IMG/VR virus record: IMGVR_UViG_3300013119_000728
Coordinates: 1 to 60,232 of that record
Strand: one strand, 5' to 3'
Length of the DNA stretch: 60,232 nt
From: a virus
Lineage: Duplodnaviria > Caudoviricetes
Shown: one piece after another, positions 9,224 to 18,540 of the stretch
Layout: each line of letters starts with the position of its first letter
How positions within the stretch are numbered: the stretch's first letter is position 1
The notes under the pieces: model-generated
What the model was told of the DNA's origin: nothing
What the model saw: only the letters and a program-made list of their open reading frames with translations
Database searches by the model: none
Translations under genes and position numbers: made by a program

Positions 9224-10482
9224 CCACCGGTGCAGATATTGAGGAAGATCCTGCGCAAGGATTCAAATACCTCATTGGTTGTAGGATGATCACCAAGCGG
9301 GTGGAAGTTGTCTCGAACCCTAAAGATATCATCAAAGCTATCATAGAATCCATTGTCTGAATATACGTGCACGATGAATGGTGAGTTTGCCACAATGGCT
9401 CCTACTTCTGCTTCTCTGTGTTGAGGGATTGCTAGATCATGTGTCTGGCCTTCTTCATCTGTCATGAGAATGATAACCTTGTTTGACCCAGGCCGAAATG
9501 ATAATCTAAAGGTGTTCTCAACGACATAGCGAATAGCATCCCACGATGGCTCATCACCGCCTCCACGACTTCTTGCCATCTCTAGCGCAGTCTCAAGATG
9601 TTGCAAGAACTCATCTCGTGGCACAAAGTCTGTAATCAATCTCATCTTGCCATCGAGGTAGTTGGCACCCGGAATAGAATGAGAGCCAATCACAACGAGA
9701 CTGAACTTAAAGTTGCGTGTAAGATCGTCTTCGAGCAGAGGAGCAATACCGTAAATGGTTCGTTCAATCTCATCGTCAAAGGATCCGGACACATCAATGA
9801 TAAACGTAAGGTCAACACTGCCCGTGTCAAAGCCTTCGTCAATCTCACCATCACAATCATTGTCTTTGCCATCGCAAAGTTCCGGGGAAGGCAAAACCAT
9901 GCCAACGCAATCAGACTCCATTGATCCGTCAACACAATATCTAATACCCGGCTTGCATTCACCTACAAGAATCGTCTCCTGCGGACCGTCATAGCAGACT
10001 TCCATCGTAGTGTTGGGAAGCTGATCATCAACTACACCGTTACAATCATTGTCAATGCTGTCGCAAACCTCAGGGCTCGGACCAGCATGACCATCGCACC
10101 TCAGGTATCCGTCATAGCACATCCAGACACCGGGACTGCATATGCCCACACCGTATTCGATATCATCTTGCATACCGCAAAGCTGTGCTTGCTCTGGATA
10201 GTCTTCGTCAATTGCGCCATCACAATCATTGTCAAGGCCGTCACAAACTTCTGCTGTCGGGTCGGTGACACCTTCACATTCTGACCACCCAGCGTATGAG
10301 CATGTCTGCTTGCCCCACGAGCATATTCCGGTTCTGACTTTTTTATCTTCCCACGTCCGGCCAGCACCGTCACAATATAGAATACTGCCAGGTGTGCAGT
10401 CAAGCGCGATAAGCTTATCATCTTCACATGCCCCTGCAAGAAGCAATGCCACTGAGATGGAAACGACCGCAGCCCATTTCAT
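9220..10482 (-). CDS. lipoprotein with Cys/Asp-rich (MopE-related) repeats and C-terminal vWA domain
   Basis: Lipobox LAGAC; three ExCDxxDNDCxGxxD repeats; MIDAS DVSGS and MTDE. Confidence 0.8.
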   Translation of the reverse strand: MKWAAVVSISVALLLAGACEDDKLIALDCTPGSILYCDGAGRTWEDKKVRTGICSWGKQTCSYAGWSECEGVTDPTAEVCDGLDNDCDGAIDEDYPEQAQLCGMQDDIEYGVGICSPGVWMCYDGYLRCDGHAGPSPEVCDSIDNDCNGVVDDQLPNTTMEVCYDGPQETILVGECKPGIRYCVDGSMESDCVGMVLPSPELCDGKDNDCDGEIDEGFDTGSVDLTFIIDVSGSFDDEIERTIYGIAPLLEDDLTRNFKFSLVVIGSHSIPGANYLDGKMRLITDFVPRDEFLQHLETALEMARSRGGGDEPSWDAIRYVVENTFRLSFRPGSNKVIILMTDEEGQTHDLAIPQHREAEVGAIVANSPFIVHVYSDNGFYDSFDDIFRVRDNFHPLGDHPTTNEVFESLRRIFLNICTGG

Positions 10483-10943
10483 TTTAGCTCCTCCATGCCT
10501 TTAATACATGATTCCCGGGAGCTATAAAAAGGAATTGTAAGGACTGAGCTCTTAAGCCATCTAAACCTAATGCTTTTGATCGGGGTGTCTTTGCCCCCTA
10601 GATTACCCATCATAACAACTGGCAAAGCTTTTTGCTGGGAAGTTAAATTATATGAGAGGACTGCAATGTCACCGTGAACCTCAAGCACGCCAACAATAGA
10701 TCCTCGAACCTCAGCTTTGGGTATGCCGATGAAGACACGTGAGAAGCTACCGCGTTCCCGAGTAACATCGTTCTCAATGTACCCAACCCAGTCACAAAGA
10801 CCGTTCTTACCCGGGATGTAGTATGTGGTCTCAGCGGCAAAGATGATCTCAGGCTTTTGGTCAGCTGAGATGATGTAAGTGAATCCGGCTATTATTAATA
10901 GACCGAGTAGAATTGAAAGTCTTGAAAACTTTTCCCGTATCAT
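10479..10943 (-). CDS. membrane-anchored hypothetical protein
   Basis: N-terminal hydrophobic helix; coupled to both neighbours. Confidence 0.55.
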   Translation of the reverse strand: MIREKFSRLSILLGLLIIAGFTYIISADQKPEIIFAAETTYYIPGKNGLCDWVGYIENDVTRERGSFSRVFIGIPKAEVRGSIVGVLEVHGDIAVLSYNLTSQQKALPVVMMGNLGGKDTPIKSIRFRWLKSSVLTIPFYSSRESCIKGMEELK

Positions 10944-11224
10944 TCACCCTCGCTTGACTGACGCTCCACTGTAATAAAAGGCATCTTTATCAATTGTGCT
11001 TTGACTTCTGTGTTAGATGCATTGAAACCTGCAGCAGTAAAAAAGACTTGGTGCTTCATCTTTGGCTTCTGATTTGCTACTGCCCACTCACCTTTAACTA
11101 CATGCCACATCTGTGGAATCTTAGTAATTTTTGGCTGGGTATCAATATCATTTGCCATTGCCGAGAGGCTGGTAGAAAGAACAACTGACCCCATCAAAAG
11201 GACTCTTGTTAAATTCGCAAACAT
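10940..11224 (-). CDS. secreted hypothetical protein
   Basis: Signal peptide ending AMA; ATATTTAT on the minus strand at 11259-11266. Confidence 0.55.
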   Translation of the reverse strand: MFANLTRVLLMGSVVLSTSLSAMANDIDTQPKITKIPQMWHVVKGEWAVANQKPKMKHQVFFTAAGFNASNTEVKAQLIKMPFITVERQSSEGE

Positions 11225-11302
11225 GTTTTGTGCTCCTGTTGCTTCATACGCGCCATTTATAAATATGGACTTATAAGCTAAATTCGTCTATATTTATACT
11301 TG

Positions 11303-12151
11303 ATGGATATAAAAAACCTTAAAAAGTATATAATTTTATGCATAATCATGATTGTGACTTCTTCATGTGCGTCATCTTATTGCGCTGTTAAAGATCTTTC
11401 AAGGACCGTAGAAGAAAAACTACCCAGACAATCTTTTGCATTGATACAAAATTCTTTAGACCTCAAGGCATGCAAATCAATCGGAACTAATCTTCTCTCT
11501 GCATGTCAAACTGCAACGCTCGGATCCGCGTCCTCGGGTATGTTCGTAGGCAGAAGCAAGATCGACAGCACAGTAGGCTACGTTTTGACTGCAGGTCATA
11601 GCTGTGATGCGCAAGGCTTCAAGAAAAGATATGATAAGCCAGACGTCATCATCACAGTCGAGGCGCAAAGAATGAATATTGTTACGTATCATGGGCAATC
11701 ATACCCGGCAACAATCGTCAAGATGAATCATCAATATGATATGTGCTTGCTACAGGTTCACGGCATCGGAGATCATCCAGCTCCAGTTCGCGTATCAGAG
11801 ACCCCCCCGGTCCGCACACAAAAATCATACAACATCGCCGCTCCGCTCGGAATATTTAATACGAAGATGGTGTTCATGTTCAAGGGCTTGTTCTCAGGAT
11901 ACAACAAGCAAGGTTACGCACTATATACACTGCCTACAAAGCCTGGATCAAGCGGATCATCAATCTTAAATGCTGATGGTGAGATTATAGGCATGATCTT
12001 TGCAGGCTACCGCGGAATTGAAAGCATTGCTATCTCCTCACCGCATCATGCGCTTAAGGCGTTTATTGAGGATAATATAAAAATGGGTGAGCTAGCATTG
12101 CACACCCGCCAAAAAATGCTTGAAGCAAGAATCCTTGATCTTATAAGATAA
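11303..12151 (+). CDS. exported trypsin-like serine protease
   Basis: Triad motifs LTAGH, YDMCLL, PGSSGS; lipoprotein-like signal. Confidence 0.85.
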   Translation: MDIKNLKKYIILCIIMIVTSSCASSYCAVKDLSRTVEEKLPRQSFALIQNSLDLKACKSIGTNLLSACQTATLGSASSGMFVGRSKIDSTVGYVLTAGHSCDAQGFKKRYDKPDVIITVEAQRMNIVTYHGQSYPATIVKMNHQYDMCLLQVHGIGDHPAPVRVSETPPVRTQKSYNIAAPLGIFNTKMVFMFKGLFSGYNKQGYALYTLPTKPGSSGSSILNADGEIIGMIFAGYRGIESIAISSPHHALKAFIEDNIKMGELALHTRQKMLEARILDLIR

Positions 12152-12232
12152 ACATTCCCACAGCTCAAATTATAATCTATCATACTAACAGACGGGTTAT
12201 ATGAAATTCAATCTACAGACAAAGGCATCCGA

Positions 12233-12442
12233 TTGAGATCACCAAAAGCTGGCGATCTAGTCGAGGTTCTTGTATACGAGCTTGATATCTCCGGAGCCAA
12301 AGAACCTGTATGGAAGAACGGCGTCTTGCTCAATCTTCCTGCATCCGTTCCGTTCGATGAATTGCTGTGGGTAGAAGTATTAATTAGCGGACAGAAGATA
12401 ATGACAACGCCTGACAAGGTAGAAATAATGAAAAGGAGCTAA
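12233..12442 (+). CDS. small SH3-like protein
   Basis: PKAGDLVEV...WVEVLISG. Confidence 0.45.
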   Translation: MRSPKAGDLVEVLVYELDISGAKEPVWKNGVLLNLPASVPFDELLWVEVLISGQKIMTTPDKVEIMKRS

Positions 12443-12443
12443 C

Positions 12444-12671
12444 ATGTCAGAGGCACTGAAAAGTGAGATCAATGAGTTCATGAGTCGGCTTATGAACATC
12501 GAGGGAGAGATAGAGACGCTCAAGGAGGATCGAAAGATTCTGTTCAATGAGTTCAAGGACAAGCTCGACACCAAGGCACTCAAAGCAGCACTCAGTATCT
12601 ATAAGATTCGATTGAAAAACATTGACTCTTCAAGCACAATCGAGACAATGATTGATATCCTCGAGGCATAA
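12444..12671 (+). CDS. GapR/DUF2312-like DNA-binding protein
   Basis: EFMSRLMNIEGEIETLKEDRK...LDTKALKAAL pattern. Confidence 0.6.
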   Translation: MSEALKSEINEFMSRLMNIEGEIETLKEDRKILFNEFKDKLDTKALKAALSIYKIRLKNIDSSSTIETMIDILEA

Positions 12672-12983
12672 ATGAAGAAATATGACAAGCTTGTCCGCGA
12701 TAACATCCCGAAGATCATTCGAAGGTCAGGACAAAAGTGCAAGACCCGGAAGGTCAAAGACAAAGAGCTAACGTCATACCTCAGGAAGAAAGTGCTTGAG
12801 GAAGTGAATGAGCTCTTCGAGGATCCGTGTGCAGAGGAATTTGCCGACGTTATTGAGATCCTCGAAGAGTTCCGCCGACACATGGGGATCACAATCGAAG
12901 ATGTTCTCGAGGAGAAGTCCACCAAACATGATAGTCGAGGCGGCTTTAAAAAAGGCATAGTATTGCTCGAGATTAGTGATTAA
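12672..12983 (+). CDS. MazG-like nucleoside triphosphate pyrophosphohydrolase
   Basis: YDKLVRDNIP, EEVNE, EEFADVIE and RGGF motifs. Confidence 0.85.
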   Translation: MKKYDKLVRDNIPKIIRRSGQKCKTRKVKDKELTSYLRKKVLEEVNELFEDPCAEEFADVIEILEEFRRHMGITIEDVLEEKSTKHDSRGGFKKGIVLLEISD

Positions 12984-13025
12984 ATCCCTGTATACGAATA
13001 TTTATCTTAGCAAGGATTGTCATAC

Positions 13026-15281
13026 ATGAAAATCAAAATAAATAATGAGCTCGAGCATATTACAGATCGGACTGGTCTTCTCCAAGACTTCATTGTCTTC
13101 ACGTGCAAAGATTTGCAATGCATGCCCTGTGACGTTGATATTGTTAATGGGCGAGATGAAGCTGGTTTAAAGACAACTGCACAATACGATCCGAACAGTC
13201 AGTATATCACAGTGAATGGCAAGAATCGTCACTTCGGTGATGTGCTTAGATCAATTGCACACGAGCTGGTTCATCATAAGCAAAATGTAAACGGCGAACT
13301 TGAAGCAGTTGTCCAAGATGTTGGCGGTGATATCGAGGATGAGGCAAATGCAAGAGCAGGTGCAATGCTTAAATCCTTTGCATACAATGTGGGCCCTGAG
13401 CGGATTTATGAGGGACGTTCACTTATAAGCGAAAAAGAAGAGTCTGCAAGCAAAAAGCTAGAATCTCAATTAAGCACCTTCCTTAAAAATATCAAAGCAG
13501 ATGTTTCATCTAGCGAAGACGAAGATGAGGAAGAAGAATCTGACTCATTGAGCGTGAAAAAATTTTCTAATAATAGGCTACCTCACGCAGCTGAAAAACA
13601 AAAATCGCTTGAAATTTTAGCAATGTCAAGGTATGAAAAGAAGCCATTCGAACCAATCTTAGGAATGCCTGCCCCAAGCCTGTCAGATGATACAAAAAAA
13701 ATATATAAGATTGAAGGTCACGGAGTACCGGTACATGCAATCTTTTCTGGTTTTGTTCTTAAAATAGGAAATGAAAAAGAAAAAGGAAATTTCATAGAAA
13801 TTCTTAGCAATGTTCAAAGCAAAGATAAAAAAACAATATCTCAATACATTACTGATTATATGCACTTAGGCGAAAAAACAAACAAAATCAAGCCGGGGGA
13901 GAATATAAGACAAGGAGAAATTATTGGATATACATCTCCCGATATAAAAGATGACAAAGATGATAATAATTTTTCAAATGATTATTTTGAAATAAGAATA
14001 GTACATATATCAAATATTGAAGTAAACGATCCAGAAGATCCAAATGATGATAAGCGAACACGCGCCAAAGATCAAATCAAAGATCTCGAGACATTTACAA
14101 TTAATGAGGCAGCTAACAATCTTCTTTCTCTTAAAAATCAATTTATTAAAAAAGTTTTCAAAGTAGTTCCTCCTGCTAAAAAAATGGAGATATCGTCACC
14201 GTACGGTTCAAGAACAACTACAATTGTTGGCGAAGACGGAAAGCCAAAAGAGATTAATAATACGCACCGAGGCATCGATATAAGAACAGATCCTCTAGGT
14301 GAATCTGGAAAAACGACAGTTTATTCTTCTGTATATGGAGTTGTTGCTGATATACGTGATGGTAAAAAATCTTATAATTTAAAAACAGATAAGTGCCCAC
14401 CCGGCACTGCAGCCGGAAATTATATAAAAATCAAACCAATCTATTCGGTTGGAGATCAAAATTTAACACTATTTTTTGCACACCTTCATGAAGGTTCAAT
14501 TTTTCCGGAAGTAGGTGACCTTGTTGAGCCCGGAAAAGCAATTGGTTTAATGGGTATGTCTGGTTGCACTACAGGTCCCCATCTTCACTTTGAAATAAGA
14601 AAAGGTGGAAAAAATTGGAATTTAGCACACAAACATAGTAATACTACAGGTCGCCTAAAATCATATGAAAGCTTAAAAGATGAAATTACTTCTGTTGCTG
14701 ATAAATTTAAAAGTGTAATAAGCGATGATGAAAAGTTTTTAAAGCTTTTTGAAGCAACAATACCAGAACAATTTAGAAAACCCGAGAAAAGCATGTCAGA
14801 ATCTAAAGTCCCAGGCACCAATATTATTAAGCAATATATTAATGAAGTTGTGTCAGCATATGGTGTAGGAAGAATTGATCCTACACAAGGTGGTGTGGGC
14901 CAAATGTTTAGGATGGGTGTTGATTATAAGAATGCAAGCACAAATATCCCACATGCTGCTGCGGGATATGTTGATCGAACTCGATCATTGCCATATGAAA
15001 TTTCAATACGCTCTGATCGAGATGCAAAGAAGCTTTATGAAACATTTTTCAAAGGTGGGTTTGTTGATGATAAAATAGTGATCCAGCCTGATGATGTTCA
15101 TTATACTACTGACGGCTTTAAAATGGATTGCCATGTATCAACCGGCTCAAATGCAGGAAATGATCGAGATGTTAACCTTATACAGCGACAACTCTATTCA
15201 TCAATGCTAGGAATTCCGAGCATGCCCAAGAATGCTTCGATCATCATTGATGTTATTCCAAAAGAAACAAAGATAAAATAA
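13026..15281 (+). CDS. multidomain protein: HExxH zincin-like domain plus two M23 peptidase domains
   Basis: AHELVHHKQ...EDEANA; YMHL..GEIIG (degenerate M23); HRGIDI...AHL...GPHLHFEIR. Confidence 0.75.
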   Translation: MKIKINNELEHITDRTGLLQDFIVFTCKDLQCMPCDVDIVNGRDEAGLKTTAQYDPNSQYITVNGKNRHFGDVLRSIAHELVHHKQNVNGELEAVVQDVGGDIEDEANARAGAMLKSFAYNVGPERIYEGRSLISEKEESASKKLESQLSTFLKNIKADVSSSEDEDEEEESDSLSVKKFSNNRLPHAAEKQKSLEILAMSRYEKKPFEPILGMPAPSLSDDTKKIYKIEGHGVPVHAIFSGFVLKIGNEKEKGNFIEILSNVQSKDKKTISQYITDYMHLGEKTNKIKPGENIRQGEIIGYTSPDIKDDKDDNNFSNDYFEIRIVHISNIEVNDPEDPNDDKRTRAKDQIKDLETFTINEAANNLLSLKNQFIKKVFKVVPPAKKMEISSPYGSRTTTIVGEDGKPKEINNTHRGIDIRTDPLGESGKTTVYSSVYGVVADIRDGKKSYNLKTDKCPPGTAAGNYIKIKPIYSVGDQNLTLFFAHLHEGSIFPEVGDLVEPGKAIGLMGMSGCTTGPHLHFEIRKGGKNWNLAHKHSNTTGRLKSYESLKDEITSVADKFKSVISDDEKFLKLFEATIPEQFRKPEKSMSESKVPGTNIIKQYINEVVSAYGVGRIDPTQGGVGQMFRMGVDYKNASTNIPHAAAGYVDRTRSLPYEISIRSDRDAKKLYETFFKGGFVDDKIVIQPDDVHYTTDGFKMDCHVSTGSNAGNDRDVNLIQRQLYSSMLGIPSMPKNASIIIDVIPKETKIK

Positions 15282-15340
15282 CAATTAAAGTATAAAGAAA
15301 TATATAATATTGTCACAAGACAAAAGGAGTACAATCTTAA

Positions 15341-16123
15341 ATGAGTAATAATAATGATAATCGCTGGCTAAAGATGGCAGGAGTTTTAAACGAAGCTAAA
15401 GATCCATCTGAAAACCAAGAGGTCAAAACAGTCTTAGCTGAGCAAAAAGTTCGACGAATCATAAGAACACAAATTAAAAAGATTCTTACTGAGGCACGCA
15501 ATCCAACTCGCGAGGATGTTGTAACACTGCAAGCTACGCTAAATACATTAAAGCCAAACTCAGCTAAGCCTGACGGAATTTACGGCAAAGAGACTGCAAA
15601 TGCTATTGCACAATTTCAAAAAGATGCTAATCTTACCGTTGATGGTGTTGCAGGTCCTGAAACTTACGCAGCACTTGCATCTGCACTTGAGGCTGAAGAG
15701 TGGCCGTCAGAAGATGTTATGGGCGCTCTATTGACAGATGGACCGATTATTGGGCGCAAAGGTGTAGCAGATTTATCTCCTGCAGAGGTCGAAATGCCCA
15801 CAATTAACTTAGTTGCCGGCGATAAAGAAAGCGATGCTGCAGTAGCTGATGCTTTACGTATGATAATCGGAGATACCAAAGTTGATGTAGGTATCACAGA
15901 AGAAGATCGTTTGGCCGTCGCCCGCGCAATGGGTCAAGGTGATGATGCAGAAATAGTAAAATCCAGCCCCGAAGAAGTCGAAGTCAAAGTTGGCGGTAAG
16001 CAAGGTCTCGAACCAGTGATAATTAAAATTCATGACAGATCTGGCGCTAGCCTTGATATTGAAGAGCCAACACAATTGTCAGACAAGTTTATGTCTGGTG
16101 ATCTTATGATCAAAATGCCGTAA
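15341..16123 (+). CDS. peptidoglycan-binding domain protein
   Basis: DVVTLQATLN...DGIYGKETANAIAQFQ...LTVDGVAGPET; internal tag VRRIIRTQIKKILTE. Confidence 0.8.
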   Translation: MSNNNDNRWLKMAGVLNEAKDPSENQEVKTVLAEQKVRRIIRTQIKKILTEARNPTREDVVTLQATLNTLKPNSAKPDGIYGKETANAIAQFQKDANLTVDGVAGPETYAALASALEAEEWPSEDVMGALLTDGPIIGRKGVADLSPAEVEMPTINLVAGDKESDAAVADALRMIIGDTKVDVGITEEDRLAVARAMGQGDDAEIVKSSPEEVEVKVGGKQGLEPVIIKIHDRSGASLDIEEPTQLSDKFMSGDLMIKMP

Positions 16124-16131
16124 TCAATATT

Positions 16132-16425
16132 ATGAAAAACACTATTAGGAAAAATTCATTCATATACTTGATTGCAGCTTTGCTAACTATCTTATTTTTT
16201 AGCACGATCTCTGATGCAAAAGCCTCCGATGTCAAAAGAGAAGAAGATAAAATTTCATATCGAAAGAAAACATCAATCGATTTTTCAGATATCAACATCA
16301 CCGGTGAGTTAGTTAAACCCGAAGGTGCATATGTGGGAGTTAGAAAGAACATAAGGTTTAAGAACTTTATTAAAGTAAGATCAAATTTTAGGCACGAACT
16401 ATTTGATTCAGAAGACAATATATGA
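16132..16425 (+). CDS. cglF: adventurous gliding motility protein CglF/GltF homolog
   Basis: Signal peptide, then KKTSIDFSDINITGELVKPEGAYV...FIKVRSNFRHEL, recognised from memory as the CglF family signature. Confidence 0.75.
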   Translation: MKNTIRKNSFIYLIAALLTILFFSTISDAKASDVKREEDKISYRKKTSIDFSDINITGELVKPEGAYVGVRKNIRFKNFIKVRSNFRHELFDSEDNI

Positions 16426-16712
16426 TCGCAGCGTTAGCATCCATGATATCAATGGATACGTGGCCGCTTTATGATGACGAAAGAAAAAAAGCGCTTCTTA
16501 AGCTTCGGCATTGGTATAAAGCGACGCTTGACTGGGCAAAGATTTACGAGGATGACAATCATTCACTTCGAACTCGAAACCTCCTGGAAGACATAGAGAG
16601 AGTTGCCAGAGATATCGGCGAAGAAGACTCAGGTTGGCAATGGTATGATGACTGGGATGATGAGATGAATGCAATTTGGGCAACAATGAAACGAATGGGT
16701 GTCATAGAATGA
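16422..16712 (+). CDS. hypothetical protein
   Basis: Coupled ORF, W/D-rich. Confidence 0.55.
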   Translation: MIAALASMISMDTWPLYDDERKKALLKLRHWYKATLDWAKIYEDDNHSLRTRNLLEDIERVARDIGEEDSGWQWYDDWDDEMNAIWATMKRMGVIE

Positions 16713-17134
16713 AAATCACTCTGGGTAGCTTGAAAAAGATAATTAAAGAGCATGCTCAGCCCGCATTACTTTCACATCAAATTATCACTGTCGAAGGTCA
16801 TAAGATTGATTGCGAGATTGCAAATACTGACGCAGCAAGAATGCAAGGCCTCATGCATCGAACTGATCTTCCGCAAGACACGGGTATGCTCTTCGTATTC
16901 CCATGGGCAGACCAGCAATCATTTTGGATGCGGGACACACACATTCCTCTCGACGTAGCATTTGCTGACATCCATGGCAAGATACTGAATATTGAGACAG
17001 GAAACCCGCTGTCTGAGAAGAAGATGCTATCACAAGGCCCGGCCATGTATGTGCTTGAAGCACCCAAAGGGTGGTTTAGTCTTCACGATCTCGGAGAAGG
17101 ATCTGTAATAGACTTAAATAGCATTAACATTTAA
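16709..17134 (+). CDS. DUF192 domain protein with LKKIIKE leader
   Basis: GLMHR...GMLFVF...FWMRDTHIPLDVAF...YVLE; ATG 16709 gives MKITLGSLKKIIKE. Confidence 0.85.
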   Translation: MKITLGSLKKIIKEHAQPALLSHQIITVEGHKIDCEIANTDAARMQGLMHRTDLPQDTGMLFVFPWADQQSFWMRDTHIPLDVAFADIHGKILNIETGNPLSEKKMLSQGPAMYVLEAPKGWFSLHDLGEGSVIDLNSINI

Positions 17135-17183
17135 TAGTCAAAGCGATATATATTATAGACAATATTGTCAAGGGGGCTAAATC

Positions 17184-17591
17184 ATGTTAGAGCTACTACA
17201 ATCATTATGGGGCCTAGTATCCCTCGTCGCAATCGCAGCTTGGTCACTAGGCCTCGCATTACTAGCAGGAGCCTGGGATCTATTGATGGTTCTTCACGTT
17301 GATGCACCTCGTCTTGAAGGCCTGTTGGTCGGAATTGCACTTGCATGGCTGCTAGCACGCAGAGACAAACATCCGCTCCTCAGAGCAGCATCAGCACCCC
17401 TCAAGCTTGTATTGGATATCCTTGACCTTGCATGGGATCAGGTTGTCGAATCAGCATCAGACGTTTGCGACGCAGGTTGCGGAGCAGTTCGCTGGTCATG
17501 GAATAAGAAGGTTAGCTGGGTCAAGGCTGGCTGGTCATGGTGCATGAGTCGCCTTGTAGCGCTCAAAGAAAAACTTAGCCACAAGGAATAA
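17184..17591 (+). CDS. membrane protein
   Basis: Two hydrophobic W/L-rich helices. Confidence 0.6.
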   Translation: MLELLQSLWGLVSLVAIAAWSLGLALLAGAWDLLMVLHVDAPRLEGLLVGIALAWLLARRDKHPLLRAASAPLKLVLDILDLAWDQVVESASDVCDAGCGAVRWSWNKKVSWVKAGWSWCMSRLVALKEKLSHKE

Positions 17592-17602
17592 GGAAAAATC
17601 AA

Positions 17603-18529
17603 ATGAAAATGTCAGGCAAGATCTTAAGAAAGATTATTAACGAAGAGATCCAGCTCCTTAGTGAGGCAAAATATAATCCTACACATGACGATGTCAAAAC
17701 TTTACAGTCTGCAATTAATTTTATTGTCGATGTTGATAATGACGAAGACATAGATCTAGATAATCTAGAAAAAGATTTAAAAGACGTGCTCAATGTTGAT
17801 GGAATCTTTGGAAGAAATACAGATAGAGAGCTTAGAAAAGCGCAAAGTCAATTAGGAGTAAAGCCCGACGGTTTGGCCGGCCCAAAGACAATGATAAAAA
17901 TGTCAGAAGCTATTAATGAGTTTATTCTTGAAATTGAGAATGAAGCTGCTGGAGATTTCGCAGAAGAGGAATTCGGGCCGATCGCAGATGATTTGAAGCG
18001 CTTAATAGATTTACGAGCAGTAATGGGAATGTCAAGAGGCAAGCCCAAAAAGAAAAAATCTAAACCTGAACCAGAAGAAAAAGAAATGTCTGTCGGGGGT
18101 AAAGATAGCGAAGCAGAATCTAGCGTGAATGCACGAGGCTATGATATCAGCAAAGGCCCAATTAAAAGAAATAGTAAACAAAGTCACGTAGACTATCTCA
18201 ATAAAGAAGGAATCAAAAAAGCAGTTCTTGATGGAATCAATTATTTGTTTTTAAACAATAAAATAAAAAACAAAGACATGGCAATGCATGTTTTGTCAAC
18301 ACTTCCGAAAAAGTCAAAAAAAGAAGGAAGAATATCTGAGCTCCATGCGACACTTCTAGATGTTGCTGAAGCCCGCGGAATCAAGCTTATAAATCACTAT
18401 AATCGACTTCTTAAAGGCTATAAAGGAATTCTCCAGCGAACTAATAAAGACAATAGAGATAACATGAAAGCGAAGCTCGAGAAAAGAATTGGCGCCGGAG
18501 CAAAAGAATTTAAAAAAGCCTTAAGCTAG
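17603..18529 (+). CDS. peptidoglycan-binding domain protein with LRKIINEE leader
   Basis: VDGIFGRNT...LGVKPDGLAGPKT; N-terminus MKMSGKILRKIINEEIQLLSE. Confidence 0.75.
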   Translation: MKMSGKILRKIINEEIQLLSEAKYNPTHDDVKTLQSAINFIVDVDNDEDIDLDNLEKDLKDVLNVDGIFGRNTDRELRKAQSQLGVKPDGLAGPKTMIKMSEAINEFILEIENEAAGDFAEEEFGPIADDLKRLIDLRAVMGMSRGKPKKKKSKPEPEEKEMSVGGKDSEAESSVNARGYDISKGPIKRNSKQSHVDYLNKEGIKKAVLDGINYLFLNNKIKNKDMAMHVLSTLPKKSKKEGRISELHATLLDVAEARGIKLINHYNRLLKGYKGILQRTNKDNRDNMKAKLEKRIGAGAKEFKKALS

Positions 18530-18540
18530 CAGGCAAGTAA

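Noticed and set aside
17184-17591. Holin assignment for the membrane protein
   Set aside because: Only hydrophobicity supports it; there is no family motif or clear adjacent endolysin.
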